In this document: piece by piece, positions 47,721 to 62,200 of the stretch | Position numbering within the stretch: position 1 is the stretch's first letter | Layout: each line of letters starts with the position of its first letter | DNA from: Veleropilina oligotropha | Taxonomy: Eukaryota | NCBI GenBank assembly: GCA_048128005.1 | Contig: JBEUKZ010000023.1 | Coordinates: forward strand, 248,001-312,000 | Direction of reading: 5' to 3' | Length of the DNA: 64,000 nucleotides | Translations under genes and position numbers: made by a program | Notes under the pieces: generated by a model | Told to the model about the DNA's origin: nothing | Seen by the model: only the letters and a program-made list of their open reading frames with translations | Database searches by the model: none

Positions 47721-47935
47721 CTTGGCTCGTCCTTGAAAGTTAAAGGTTAGCACATATTCCCCTTTGCGAGTCTCGCTCTGCCGTACGAGAAACACGCCAT
47801 GCCCTCCATGTCCGTTTTGTAATACTAAATGTGCCGCCTCCATCCGAGACAATGTCCCATGGAACCATGGGTAATCCTTCAACAGTTGATCGATATGGTT
47901 GTCTCCCCCTGATGTTTGGTCTCTCTGAGCATCCC
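47721..47935 (-). CDS. SH2B: SH2B exon (start of SH2 domain)
   Basis: [40 protein letters not shown] donor; phases compatible with neighbours. Confidence 0.93.
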
Positions 47936-47988
47936 CTATGTAATCAAGATTACATAATCATCGTACAAGCCTTCAAGAAAATTATAAC

Positions 47989-49990
47989 AACAAGAAAAAA
48001 GTAAGCACAGCTTACATACCCCGTTCGGTGCTTTCAATAATTATTGTCTGTCAATATTATATCAGCCATTATCCTTTAAAAAATAAGAAATCTCTGCAGA
48101 TGCTGCAGCGAAACGATGACTTATAATAACCAGACTATATAGTCTGGGGATTCAATTATATATATAAGCCCTGGCCAGTTGAGGATAGTGATATTAGACA
48201 CGTGCACATGATATACAGTCTGTTCTTGTAATGGCAATATACAATCCCATTTTTAAATACCCATGTAATAAATAAATCAATGAGCAATTCAGTTTTCAAA
48301 ATCCATCCAATTCATGTTTTGATAATTCCAGCTCCACAGAGTGAGGAATAAGCTTAACAGCTTACTGTACCACATCACGGTGAGCAAGTCTTACAAATAA
48401 GCACGTCCCTTTCATCATACATACATAATATTTACATAATTAAACAAAAAAAATAAAGTTACACTTCAAAAATTCAATTTCAATACTCCAAAGCAAAATG
48501 AAAAATAATATTTTGCACACTGTTCAGTGCTTTTGATCATCGTAGTCCAGGTCAATATTAATTATATCAGCAATTTTTAAAAAATATATATTTCAGAAAT
48601 GTAAAAGTAGCAAAAGACGTAACTATACTCAACCTCGTGAAGCTATCCTGTATGATTTGGGAGATATGCTTCAGTCAAAAGTGTCGCACATTATAGTCTA
48701 TATCAATCTTATATCTGCCATTTTTTTGTAAAAATAAAAATATCAGAAACCTTAAAATAGCACAAGGCCCAACCACTTAACTTAGTTAATGTTGGTAGCA
48801 AGTTTTGAGATGCTAGCGTGTACGGTTTGGCAGATATGCTCTGGACAAAGGCATCGCCCATGCTCTGGACAAAGGCGTCGCCCATTATAATCAAACTAAT
48901 ATCCGCCACTATTTTAAATAAAAAAATTCTAAAACTAGTAAAAGGGACAAGTACTCAACCTAGTTAATGTGTGTACCATGTTTCATGAAGCTATCTTGTA
49001 TAATTTGGGAGATAGGCTTCAGACAAAAGCGTCGTACACCCCATTCAGTGCTTCGCTCATTGTAGTCTATGTCAATCTTATATCAGCAACTTTTTTAAAA
49101 ATAAAAAATCTGAAAATAGCAAAAGGCACAACTACCCAACATAATTAATGTGCGTACCAAGTTTCGTGAGTCTAGCATGGAAAATTTGGAAGATATGCTT
49201 CGGCCAAAGGCGTCGCCCATTATCGTCTATGTCAATCTTATATCCACCATTTTTTTTTAAATATAAATTTCAGAAACCTGTAGATATCAAAAGGCACAAC
49301 TGCTCAACCTAGCTAATGTGTATACCATGTTTCGTGAAGCTATCATGTACGGTTTGGGAGGTATGCTCCGGACAAAATCGCCGCACATTCCATTCATTGC
49401 CTTCATTCATTGTAGTCTATGTCAGTCTTACATCAACTATTTTTTTTTAAATAAAAATTTCAGAAACCTGAAAATAGCAAAGGGCACAACTACTCAACCT
49501 AGTTAGTGTATACATACCAAGTTTATTGAAGCTAGCCTGTACGGTTTTTGAGATATGCTCCGGACAAAGGCGTCCTTCATTATAGTCTACCGGTATGTTA
49601 ATCACATATCCGCCATTTTTTGTAAAAATAAAAATTTCAGAAAACTGAAAATAGCAAAAGGCACAAGTACTCAACCTAGTTAATGAGTGTATGAAGCTTC
49701 GTGAAGTAAGATAGCATGTACGGTTTTGGAGATATGCTCCGGACAAAAGCGTCCTCCATTATAGTCTATGTCAATCTTATATCCGCCATTTTTTGTAAAA
49801 ATAAAACTTCCAGAAACCTGAAAATACCAAAAGGTACAAGTACTCAACCTAGTTAATGAATGTATGAAATTTCGTGTACGGTTTTGGAGATATGCTCCGG
49901 ACAAAGTCGAATGACCGGAAAGACAGACAGACGGAAGGACGGACGAACGGAACGCTATATATCCCCAGCTACTTCGTAGCACGGGGTATA
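47989..49990 (+). mobile_element. HINE-like element with an internal tandem array, in an SH2B intron
   Basis: AACAAG start, repeated AAATAGCAAAAGGCACAA..CTCAACCTAG units, GACG microsatellite, CCCC..GGGG end. Confidence 0.65.
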
Positions 49991-50146
49991 CAAATTGATT
50001 TAGAATATAACACATATCATATTAACTTTTATGCACAGAAAATATTCTTCCAGTAATAGATATCTCATTGCAAAATTATTCTCTAATTTTCAAACGATCA
50101 CTCTATTTTTCAGTTTTTGAGCATATGATATAATACTAGTACCCAC

Positions 50147-50320
50147 CGAAACCACTTTCATAGCGTGGCGAAGTGGATAGTTCCAGAGAACCGGAGAGCC
50201 GACTGGACTGAGGCACACCGCTGACCGGTCGTGAGCCGGCGGATCGTGGTGGCAGCTCGGGCGGATTGGTCAAGTTTCCTTGGGACAGACGTCTCGCAAT
50301 GGCACCCAGCAACGGGGAGT
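50147..50320 (-). CDS. SH2B: SH2B exon (Pro/Ser-rich linker, PPELPPR)
   Basis: Polypyrimidine-AG acceptor, GTGGGT donor, phase 1/1. Confidence 0.8.
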
Positions 50321-50785
50321 CTGGAAGAGAAGATAACTCTTGATTTGAAATAATTGTTAATAACCATATGATCATTATATGAAGACTATTTGATACATAT
50401 ATTTGGAACTTTGAATTATGTGGGTCGCACCGGTAGCCGAGTGAATAAGAGCGCTGACTCTGAATTCACTCGCTTGACTGCACTTCTAACAGGAGTGGGT
50501 TCGATACCCCGACTGGGCACTTTGTTTAATTAACAATCATAAAATTCTTCCAGATATAATATGTCCTGGTTTATTGCTGTGTGCAATGGAGGCAGCGATC
50601 AAAAGAAAAATCCCCAGAACTCCCAAGAATTGAACCCTGAACATTTGGTTTGTAGACCACGCCACGCTGCACCTTATTACAAACAACACATTAAGCATTG
50701 ATCCAAACCAATTATGATGTGACCTCTACTGTTTTCATTCATTGTCAGAGTCCTCCTCTCCACCAGCTCTCATCAGCCAACCTAC

Positions 50786-50838
50786 CTTTAATACTTCTGG
50801 ATATCGTCCCTGAAGGTGCTGTAGGAAGCCTGGGTCGC
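50786..50838 (-). CDS. SH2B: SH2B 53-bp exon
   Basis: TTTTTCTCAG acceptor, GTAGG donor, phase 2/1 joins the flanking exons in frame (RPRLPTAPSGTISRSIK). Confidence 0.7.
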
Positions 50839-51195
50839 CTGAGAAAAAGAGAAATTGGATTGGACAAATTTTGCAATAACAGTTTGAAAGTTATTCATTG
50901 TGCAAGTTCACATTTCCATCCAAGTAGTCAAGATATTCCAGAATATAAACATATTCTTAATAATATATCATTACATCCCATATATATGGATCCATCAACT
51001 TACATAACTACTTGACATATACAAATATAAATAAAACAAGAGGCCTTTCTAGCTCCGCTGGAAAGGGTTATACAATATAAGCAAACAACTACAAATTTGC
51101 GCAGCACTTCCCCATGTAATCACAGGCACTTGAATAAGGGATGATAGATTTGCGTAATAATTCATTAAAACCTAATATAAGATGTTAACTTATTG

Positions 51196-52106
51196 TTTGT
51201 TTTCATTTATATTTATCACATAATTTGTAACCGCATTGTCCATAAGATAGCCTACACAAACAGTCCATTTATACTGCTCTGGCATTATTTCGCCACAGAA
51301 AACGGGGAATTCCCCAGCCTACGTCAAATGACATCACGTGTGTATGAAAAAGAGAAGGCATGGCACTTCAAAAATGAATTTCCACAGATTTTACACACCC
51401 CACCGTAGTATGAATTCAAACGCCAAATTAATGCATTGTCTGTAGCCTATCCATACATCAATCGATTCAATAGATATTAAACATAACGTCAATCCAATGT
51501 TTTATGAAATACAAACCTGCAGTACAGTAATATCGAGAATAACGTACTGTTTAACGCCGTAAAATCTCTTCGAACGGAAGTACAAGGGTCAGCCAGTTAC
51601 AGAGTAAGACTCGCAGCGAGAAATTTTCCTAGAGCGTAAATAAGTCGTCTGCTACAATACTATGGATGCCAATCAACAACTGGCCACTGGAACCGGTCTC
51701 GTACTTCCGTTCGAGGAGATTTTACGGCGATAAAATGTACCCTTTTCTCGATATTGCTGTACTGCGGGTTTGTATTTTCTTAAAACATTGTATTGACACT
51801 ATGTTTAATATCTATTGAATCGATTGATGTATGGATAGGCTACAGACAATGCATTAATTTGACGTTTGAACTGTCATACTACGGTGGGTGCGCAAAATCT
51901 GTGGAAATTCATTTTTGAAGTTGCATGCCCTCTCTTTTTCATACACATGGGTGTCTGTTGACCCGTGATGTCATTTGACCTAGGCTGGGGAATTCCCCAT
52001 TTTCCGTGGCGAAATAACGCCAGAGCAGTTATAAATGGACTGTTTGTGTAGGCTAACTTATGGACAATGCGGTTATAAATTATGTGATAAATATAATTGA
52101 AAACAA
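51196..52106. mobile_element. Foldback MITE with ~390-bp inverted arms
   Basis: 51196-51585 is reverse-complementary to ~51700-52106. Confidence 0.85.
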
Positions 52107-53337
52107 ACTAGAGGTATCACAGTAGTGATCACATGCCCCCACGAAAGCGTTTGACCCAGGAACAGGCTGTTGCATACACACATGAAGTTTCATCTCCCGC
52201 TGTCAACTAGTATGGGAGATATGGATATGAAGGGAATTTTAGACTGAATGCGGTCAAGTGTGAAATGTAGGTCGTGGTGACCTAATTTCGGTACGCAACA
52301 TACCTTACAGTTATGATGCACACACACATCATATATCATGTCCCTCGGTCAAATAGTATGGGAGATATGGAGCGGAAGGGAATTTTGGATCAAGTGCAGT
52401 CAAGCATGAAAAGGAGGACCGTCGCAGTGAAAAGGTGATCAGGATTATGTTGTGACACTGAGTATGCATCAGATATTGTTGTATTGAGCATTTGTGATGT
52501 ACTTTGCCATTGTCTTAATTACAGACCTGTCAACCCTCCAATCTCCTGAAGTCGATGTGAATTTTTAAAAACAATTAAAATTTTTTTTCAAAGTGATAAC
52601 CAACCCAAATATATAAACTTTTGTATTGGATCTAATATTGCTTTAACTTTTACTACCTGAAAAATGAAGATAAATATTTCGTCATTTCGAAGAAAAAACA
52701 ATTTATACAATTCCTCCCTTTCTGGCCTGGCTCCGCCATTATGTCGTCTGCAGTGGGTAATCTACGTCATAATCTCGTGAATTCATGCACTCGATCAGGC
52801 CAATATCAAGTCAATTATTGTAATACAAAAGAAAGGTGAAGTTACCACTAAAACACAGATGTGGTGTCGTCCATTGTTATATGCCCGCATGCCAGCAGAG
52901 GTGCTAATTGATAGTACAATAGACTACACAGACATGGGTGACCGCACATGAATTTTCATTGCACAACGGTTCTCTGAAGACTTGTTTATATTGAAATATA
53001 AGACAAATGAGCCTTTGTTGTAAGTTGACTGTCATATAATCTAATCGCGAGATTATGACGTAGATTTCCCACTGCAGACGACAACATGGCGGAGTCCAGG
53101 CCAGGAAGAGATAAATTATATAAATCGTTTTTTTCTTCGAATTTAAATAATATTGAACCTTTATTTGTTAGGTAATAAAAGTTAAATCAATATTAGAACC
53201 AATACAAAAGTTTATGTATGCGGGTTGGCTATTACTTTTAAGAAATATTTTTTTTAATGACCACCATACCAGATGTTGGCCCATTAGCGTTTATAACTAA
53301 AATTTAATAGGTGACTGGTCTATAGCATTTCACTTAC

Positions 53338-53462
53338 ATGGGTGTGGAAGGACTGGGCAGGTTGCTCTCCTCCTGGTATATCACGCATCGGAGAACCGTC
53401 AACCACGCCTGCATCTCTTCAGCATTCGTAGCCTCGATCACGTGCTCGATTAGCCCTTCCCC
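53338..53462 (-). CDS. SH2B: SH2B exon (end of PH domain)
   Basis: EHVIEATNAEEMQAWLTVLR (PH C-terminal helix Trp); GTAAGT donor. Confidence 0.85.
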
Positions 53463-53657
53463 CTGATCGATAAAAACGCTGATGTTATTCAATGATAAAG
53501 ATGGCATTAAATGGCTGCAATATTGGACTCATTTAGTGTGTGCTTGCAGAATGATCATTGATATTACACACCACTCTGAACACAATATAAATTGCATTTT
53601 GCATGCAATCATATTCATGCCCTTTAAGCTTTTCAAAACTGAAATATCACAACTCAC

Positions 53658-53759
53658 CTTTAATACAAATGTATTTTCATGGTCAGGTAATTCTAACGCA
53701 GTTGTCTCCCTTGCTTCAATGATCATCTGGCACACTATTCCCATTTTCGGCTTTAACGA
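53658..53759 (-). CDS. SH2B: SH2B exon (PH domain); further upstream exons not identified in this window
   Basis: KPKMGI..IEARETTALELPDHENTFVLK; GTGAGT donor. Confidence 0.88.
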
Positions 53760-56700
53760 CTGCAATGAACAAATTAAAATTATCTGTAACGTAAATTACC
53801 TTAAGGTTATTTCAAAGGTGACAACATTAATTGTCAGAAATCATGGTCTTTATTGGACCAATTTCAGTCATTTATACTTGTAGACCTGTCTCTAGATATT
53901 GGAGCTAAAACCAGTTAAATTTATTGCACCATCAGAGCAATATTGGTACAATAACAGAAGTGGGGGTTCGACTCTTGTTTCTAGTGTGGTGGTCTCACAA
54001 GTTCAGAATTAATTAACTTGCAAGAGGCCCTTCTACCTACCATAATAATTATATAGCTCCGCTGAATAGGGATAGTCAAACAACTTCAGAAATTTGGGCA
54101 ACACTTCCCTATGTAATAGCATACCAATATGCAGGACAGGACAGAGATGTATATTTTTATAATATTCGCAGGATAAGTTAAGAACATCATAGGCAATGGT
54201 TATACATGTATCAAATTAGAAAAATAAATTATCAGACATTTTCTGTCAAAAGTTGTCGAAGAAGCAGATTTTTTTGCAGGATTTATTAAGAACACCAGAA
54301 GAAAGCTCATGCCAAAGTATAAAAAAGTTATCAGACAGTTTTGAAGATATTCACATTTCAAGTAAAAAGCTGACGACGGACGGACAAAGCGGTATCAGTC
54401 AAGCTCCGCTGACTATGTCACAGCGAAGCTAAAAAGCGAACCAATAAAACAGTTACAAGTGTGTGTTTTTTTACTTGTCATGGTGTCAAGTATACATTCA
54501 GAGGAATTCAATTGACAAGAAATTCCCGTCCCCACTTCAACTTTGAAAAGTTGACATTTCAATTTGTCAAGTTAGGACTCAGAAGTACTACCGAACATGC
54601 AGTGCTGATCAAAACATGGTAATGCCTCCACTCTCTTTTTCTCTGCCCCTCCATCTCTCCCCCTCCCTCCTTCTCACACTCCCTCTCTTCCCTTCCCCCT
54701 CAAAGTTGATTTGTAACTGATATACTGTTGTCGTGGTTGTTAAACATCAGTTTATCATTGTCTCCATAAAGCGGTGGGTGGGGTTGTCTCCCCAAGTGAT
54801 AACCAATAATCACTTGTAAAAAGGAATATTTTTCAATTCAGTTTTGCATTTCAATGCCCTGACCAGTTGAAGAGGGTGATATTAGACACTGGACACAGTC
54901 TGTTCTTGTAATGGCAATATATACTGCCATCTCAGATACCCATGGAATAAACCAATGGGGAAGCCAGTTTTCAAAATCCATCTGATTTTGATTATCCCAG
55001 CTTCTCAGAAAGACCATTAAGCTTAACAGCTTACTATGCCTATCGGCAGTGAGCAAATCTTACAGATAAGCATATGTCCCTTTCATCGTACACACATAAT
55101 ACTTACATAAGTAGGAGGAGGAATGATGCTTAATGTCCTGTATATTTACAACATCGATGTTCAAGGCAGGACATGTCCGTGTTATCGAGGGAGGAAACCC
55201 GGTCGCCCGGGAAAACCCGCCCTCTTCGGTCAGTCGCGGACAACTGTGATTCATAACTTTAACAAATAACTTACATAAGTAAATTAACACTAGAAACATT
55301 TCAGAAACTGAGCTAAACGCTAAACTTAACGATGAAAATAGTGAAAAATACAGAAGTTATTTGCGCATAAAAGTAGGTCAATGTCGTGAGGGCAGCACTG
55401 ATACATTGTTTACCGACAAACAGAGAGACAGAGTAACAACAATATCCAGCTTCCTTCAGGCAGCAGACAGATAGTGTTGTCCAAGTTTGGCGATCATAAG
55501 ACTTGTCGATTCCAGGCACTGAGCTAAAAGCAAAACTTAACGTTGAAAAATACCGATGTCATTTGTGCGTAAAATGTAGGTCAAGGTCACGAGGGCAGCA
55601 TCGATATGTAATGGGCACTCTATAACAAAGTTGTTATCTAATTTTGATGATCATAGGACTTTTAGTATTCCAGAAACTGAGCTAAACGCTAAACTTAACG
55701 TTGAAAATGGTGAAAAATACCGAAATCATTTGCACATAAAAAGTAGGTCAAGGTCACGAGGGCAGCATCCATATGTAATGGGTACACTGTAATAAAGATG
55801 CTGTCCAAATATGATGAAACTAGCACTTGCACTTTGTTAGAAACAGAGCTAAACACAAATCTTAACAATTGTTGACGAAGACGACGGAAAAGCTATACCT
55901 ATGTCTCGCTTAACGAGAGCACAATAATGGTACATTACAATATATCCCGCCCGTATAACTGGGGAAATATTCCGCCTGGTTCTGAAGATAATGACAGGAA
56001 ACTAAATTTTTGTCGAAAAAGGGAGATAATGGCGGAAATATTTGTCAAAATTCTGCCGGAATCGACCTTGACCTCTTGAGCGATTATTTGCAATACAGTC
56101 ACAAAGTTTGAACATCCGATGCACGGTTCAGAAGATAATTGACAGAAACTAAATTTTTTGTCAAAAAGGGGGGATAACTGAAAATATTTGTCAAAATTGA
56201 CCTTGCCCCCCATGATACTATTTGCAACATAGTCACAATATTTGAACAAGTGAATCCTCGACCTCGCAAGTCTAGGGGATGTATCCCCTTCCATTGGAAG
56301 ACAATTTTAAATGAATACGAAAAAGGTGAAAATCGATAGGCATCATGTCCTAATACCCTACCAAAGGTGTATACATATCAATGCGGATAAAAACTCAGTT
56401 CTCAGTAGAGCGCACACAAGAAATCTGTTCAAACAAAATGGCTGTTGTGGCAGCCATCTTGACTCTGAAAATGACAAACATTCATTTGTTAGGTGGCATG
56501 TCCTCATTATAACTAATGTGCATACCGAATTTTAATGAAATCGGATTAGTACTTTTCACTGTAGAGTGGATACAAGAAATCTCTTCAAACAAAATGGCTG
56601 CCACGACGGCCATCTTGAATACAAAAACAAAGCAAATCATTATGCGATGTGTCCTCATTGTATATCAAATTTGAAATAAAACGGATAACTTTTCAGTCGA

Positions 56701-58447
56701 GTGTGCACAAGAAATCTCGTCCTACAAAATGGCCGCCATGGTGACCATCTTGGATCCCAAAACAACTGAAATCGTCAGGCGGCGTGTCCTCATCATAAGT
56801 AATGTGCATACCAAATTTGAATCAACTTAGATAATAGCTTTTCACTGTAAAGCGTGCACAAGAAATCTCATCAAACAAAATGGCCACCATGGTGGCAATC
56901 TTGGATCCGAAAACGACAAAAATCTTTAGGCGCCATGTCCTCATTATAACGAACGCGCATGCCAAATATGAATCAAATCGGACAATCATTGTTCAGCGCA
57001 CACAAGAAATGTCTCCAAACAAAATGGCCACCATGGCGTGCATACCAAATCAGATTAGAACCTTTCACTGTAGAGTGCACACAAGAAATCTCTGCGGCGG
57101 CGGAATGATGCCTAAACCATACTATCCCCGAAATGTTAAATTTCGTGGATACAACGTCCGATGCGAGATTATGAAGATAATTGACGGAAACAAAATTTGT
57201 GTCAAGGGATAAATCTGGTAATTAAATTCTGCTGAAATCGAACTTGATCTCCGAGCTATTATTTGCAACACAGTCATAAGATTTGAACATCTGATGCACG
57301 GTTCTGAAGATAATTGAGGGAAACCAAATTTTTATGTCGAAAAAGGAGGATAACTCTGGTAATATTTGTTGAAATTCTGCTGAAATCGAACTTCAACTCA
57401 GCGCTATCACAGTCACACGATTTGAACAACATCCGATGTGCGGTTCTGAAGATAATTAGCGGATACCACGGACGGACGACCGAGGGTATAACAGAATAGT
57501 AATACCGTATAAAAATGTTGATTACTAATTTGCTAATGATAAGAGCATGGAACGAAATTCAAGAGTGTTATTGATTAATCATCAATGGCCATGGCACACA
57601 CAATATTACATAATGTTGGGGAAATCAATAATGAAATGACTCGTTAATGACAGCGAAATGGCAAGGTATAATGAACAACAATTCATATAACGAGTTCACA
57701 TGGTCAGTGATGTATATCTTAATTCGACATTGTTATAGCAACGTAATATGACCTTCATTGTTATTTGTCATCTCCAGGGGATATTTTACCATTATCTGCA
57801 GAAGGTCATCTAAAGGACCCAATTGGATTCTGACTGAGTGACATAAAACAATGTACATAAGATGTATAATTATTAATTAAATCCTCTTAATAATGTATAA
57901 TCATGGTTTACTTTAATATGAATTTATTGTCAATATTAACAAGGATCGTTTTGGGGCATATTCAAATTATTGAGAAAGGACAACGGTAACTGGTTTGACC
58001 CGTAATGTAATGGGTGACTTTCTGCGCTTGATATATGATAATATTAAGTTTATTATTTTCAAGTGAATATTGCTCGTAATGTGAATGTGTACCATGACTG
58101 AGCAGCCTCTATTGTATCAAATGAATAGGACGTACGTTTCGCACAGATTGATACAAAATTCGCGAAGATATGATCGATATATTATCAAATGATAGAATTT
58201 ATTGAAATTATTATAGTAACTGGGCAATATATTTTATTATTGTCAATTAGAAAGATCTCTTAATTGACGAGCAGAACCCTATGCAACATTGCTCCAACTA
58301 GGTTAATTGGAAATGTCACTGGGTGACAGGTAATTAAAATTGGAACGCATTTAATTATTTTTAAATCTTCATTAGCGATTTATTAAACAGTAGCGAATTA
58401 CTGACGAAAGTTAAGTTTTGAAAATGCCTAACTTTTTATGCTATAAA

Positions 58448-59260
58448 CAACAAGAACCCGTTAGAAAACGGATTCATCCCCCGCCTTTCGCAATCACTCA
58501 GATATAAACTTTAACCAACATTTCTATGTCCCAACACATGAAGTTTCTCCAATATTTATACAAAATAATATTCAATATCATTGCTAGAGTAAAAGGTGGT
58601 ATCAATATATAAGCATCACCAAAGAATATGTTGATATAATGGCACAGAACGGAAATTCACTCAACTTTAACAAAAATTTCATGTCCACAAACAAGCACTA
58701 ATTTAACATGTTATTTATATTATAAATCACTTGCAGATGAGGGAGCAGCATCAATATAGTCAACACTCAAGTATATGGCTGTAAAACAGTGCCTAGAACA
58801 ACCCATATGCCCATTCAAAATTTTAAACAAAACTTTAACCAGAATTTCTATGTCAACAAACACCTATTTTTATGCAATAATTATATTAAATTTAATTCAG
58901 CATCACTTCTCTAGTACATAGTATCAGTTGACATTCATACCAAAGCATATACACCAAAATGTTGTTTCAGCAACCCATATGATATACATTCAATGAAAAA
59001 CTTAAACCAGATTTAACCAAAATTTCTATATTAAAAAACACCAACATTTATGAAATAAGTATACTAGTATTACATTTTATTCAATCTCACTTCCAGAGTA
59101 CCAGGTGTCATCCATATAATGCCTACAAAAGCATATATATGCCAAAGAGTAACATTGGAAAGCTGTATATACCCAATTCAAAAATTTAACCAAATTGTTT
59201 TCGGACGTACGTCCGGACATGACAACAACAATATCTTCCGCTACCTTCGGGTGGGGGATA
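58448..59260 (+). mobile_element. HINE-like element; the same family at ~34470-43435 is the DIRS target
   Basis: CCCGTTAGAAAACGGATTCATC start; body matches 34470-34860 plus 42950-43435. Confidence 0.75.
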
Positions 59261-62200
59261 AGTGTAATGCGGTTACTTTTCTTTTCAAAGAAAAATGAGC
59301 GCATTTATGGGCAATAGTCTATTTAAGCCAGCTCAGCAGCAGAAACTTGTAAAATTGTGGAAAATTTGTTGGTTCAACCGTATATCAGATAGTTACATTG
59401 AACACAAAATAGGTGGAGGCGCTACCGTTTAATTGTGTTATTCTGATCACATTTTGGGCTTTTGCCTTTTATTGTATTTTTGATCAGAATACATGTTGTA
59501 ATATATTTGCATTGAAGCAACGTTTTAGTTGCTTATTAGGCCAATTAGGCCTGTCTGTCTGTATTGTAGGCACTATGTGCCGTTAATACGATGTACATGT
59601 ACTGGTAAAATTTACCCGTATATCGATTTATTACCTTTTCGGCCCTAAGACATCGGGGACTTAGCTCCCCGGTGAGATAAACAAGAGCCATCAGAAGATG
59701 ACATATCCCCCCGGTGCACAGATGTCTCACACAGAAGATGCGGCAAGGAAATCATAGTCATCAGTAACTAAGCATGTCTTAACTGGACAGGTTTCAGCAG
59801 AATTCTAACGGAATAAAGTTGAACTTACAAGTAATGAAAATATGATTATTCATAGGGATTGAACTGCATTTATGGTGGTTATGATGATTGAATTCTTTAG
59901 AATATATGCAATTCATATCGACTACTTAATATATCCAGCAAGTTTCGTAAAGTTATATCGAGCGGTATATGAGATATGCTCTGGAAAAGAGATCGATTAG
60001 AATTTACAACAAGGGCAATAACTCTGTTAATAATCGCCGCACAACGGCGAAACTGGCAAAAGGCACCAGTTCACCGACTACTTAATACACCCAGCAAGTT
60101 TCGTAAAGTTATGTCGAGCGGTGTATGAGATATGCTCCGGAAACGATATCAATTAGAATTTACAACAAGGGAAATAACTCTGTTAATAATCGCCGCTCAA
60201 CGTCGAAACTGGCAAAAGGCACCAGTTCACCATGTCCATAATACACCCACCAAGTGTCGTAAAGATATGAAAAGCAGTTTATGAGATATGCTCCGGAAAC
60301 GAAATGATTACAGACGGACGGACAGACGGACGGACGGAGGGACGGACGGACGGACGGACGGACATGCTGATGACTATATCCCCCCGCATTTAATGCCGGG
60401 GGGATAAAAAAAAGAAAAAAAGGTGGAGGCGGCTGGCTGCTAATCGACTCCAAAATAAAATAGGTGACTTTCATATCCTATGAGGATGTCCCGGTGGCCG
60501 AGTGGGATAAATTAATATGTGTAGCCTTCAAATTCAATCACAATACTGATTGTGCTACATCACAGGAGAGGGTTTGATTACTTAAGTCTCTGAGATGTTA
60601 TGCAGTCAAATTGGTTCAAACGGCCGGGATAGGCATGTTTTACAGGATCTGGATTTCTTCCACGATAAAATGGATATGTCATATCGATGTCCGCGTAATA
60701 ACTTCAAAGATGGATGCCTTGTTAAACGTATATAACACATGCTGTACCATAATGAAATCAAAATTCATCCATAAATTTCGTAAAAATAAATGAATAAATA
60801 TAACCTAGCCTTCAACATTCAATGCAATGAAACAGAAAAAATGTTAAAATGTGGTTTCAAAACTAACATCATGAAATAAAGCCAGTCATTGAAGAATTTC
60901 GTTGGCTTGGCCTCACAATCACAATGCTCAGTAATAACAGATGTAGCCAGAGGACAGCTCAGTGTGTGACAAGCTGCTGCATCAGAAATTATCCTCAGGT
61001 AATTAAGAATAAAAAGTCTAACTCACACACGTTATCAACATGAAATGACCACCACCGCTGCATGCCGTTTACAGGTAAATAGCAAAGAATATAGATTCAT
61101 TTGTTATGTTCAGAGGACATTGAACTATCCCCGATAACTCAACTGGTAGGAGAGCAATTGGCTAAACATTACGTGGGATGGTGTAGGCGTGGCATATTCT
61201 AATAGAAATGATGACTTAAATACATGTTACCCATCCTTCGGAAGAAGACATTAAACCAAGGTTTAGACTACAGATACGACTGAAAAACTGTTTGACATTT
61301 GTGTTCTCAATCATGGGTAAAGGAACCTAATGTTCTACACAAAATACCACGATAATTTCAAAAGATACTGTAAAACCCTATATTTTAGCGTGCCTTTTAT
61401 TTTCGCGAGTTTCGCGTACCTAATATTATCGCGAAAATAAAAGGCCGCAAAATATCATGGAATAAAGCTCAATTAACATATGAATTAAAAATCGCTAATT
61501 TACAAGGCCGCTAATATACAGGTATATTGAGAAATCGCTAAATTTTATGGCGAATAAAATATGGGGGTTTACAGTATATCAGCTAATTATTATGTTGCTG
61601 TATATATATATAAGTCGAGAAGCATGATTTTAGTTTTTCATCACTTTCCAGGAATTCAATAAATGTTGAGACTGCATATATATATTTCGAGATTACGATA
61701 GCATGGTTAATGTCTAGAGGTAGGGGGTCTTTCTCAGTAATATTAGCATGGAACGCTTGGGATGCACATACTGTCTGTCTAGACGTGTATGCGATAAGAG
61801 TCTAAAATATATACCGGTATTTACCTTCATATACCCCTGTAATTTATATGTTTTAGTGAAAGCATATAATTCTAGTGTTTTAAGTTATATTATATATTTT
61901 CTACATTAAAAATCACAACACAGTGGCATAAGGTGGAAACAGCTGATCGAGAAATTATTTTCAGCGAGAATGTATTTTGGTAGAAAACTTCACAATATTT
62001 TACCTCCTTGATTATGAGCCTGTTTAGATCACGATAATATATGCAGACTCTGAAATCACTGGCTTGACTGCTCTGTGTAAAGTGCCCCCTGTGGCAAACA
62101 ACATCATTACGTGATCAAGAAATGTCAAACAACGTGTTTTAAAGGATGTCAACAATTTGACATTATGTCATCGCTAGGAAGTTGTTATTGTTGCAATTTG

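Noticed and set aside
50424..50520. tRNA genes here and at 6849 and 60489
   Set aside because: A/B boxes are present but there is no convincing cloverleaf; better explained as SINE heads
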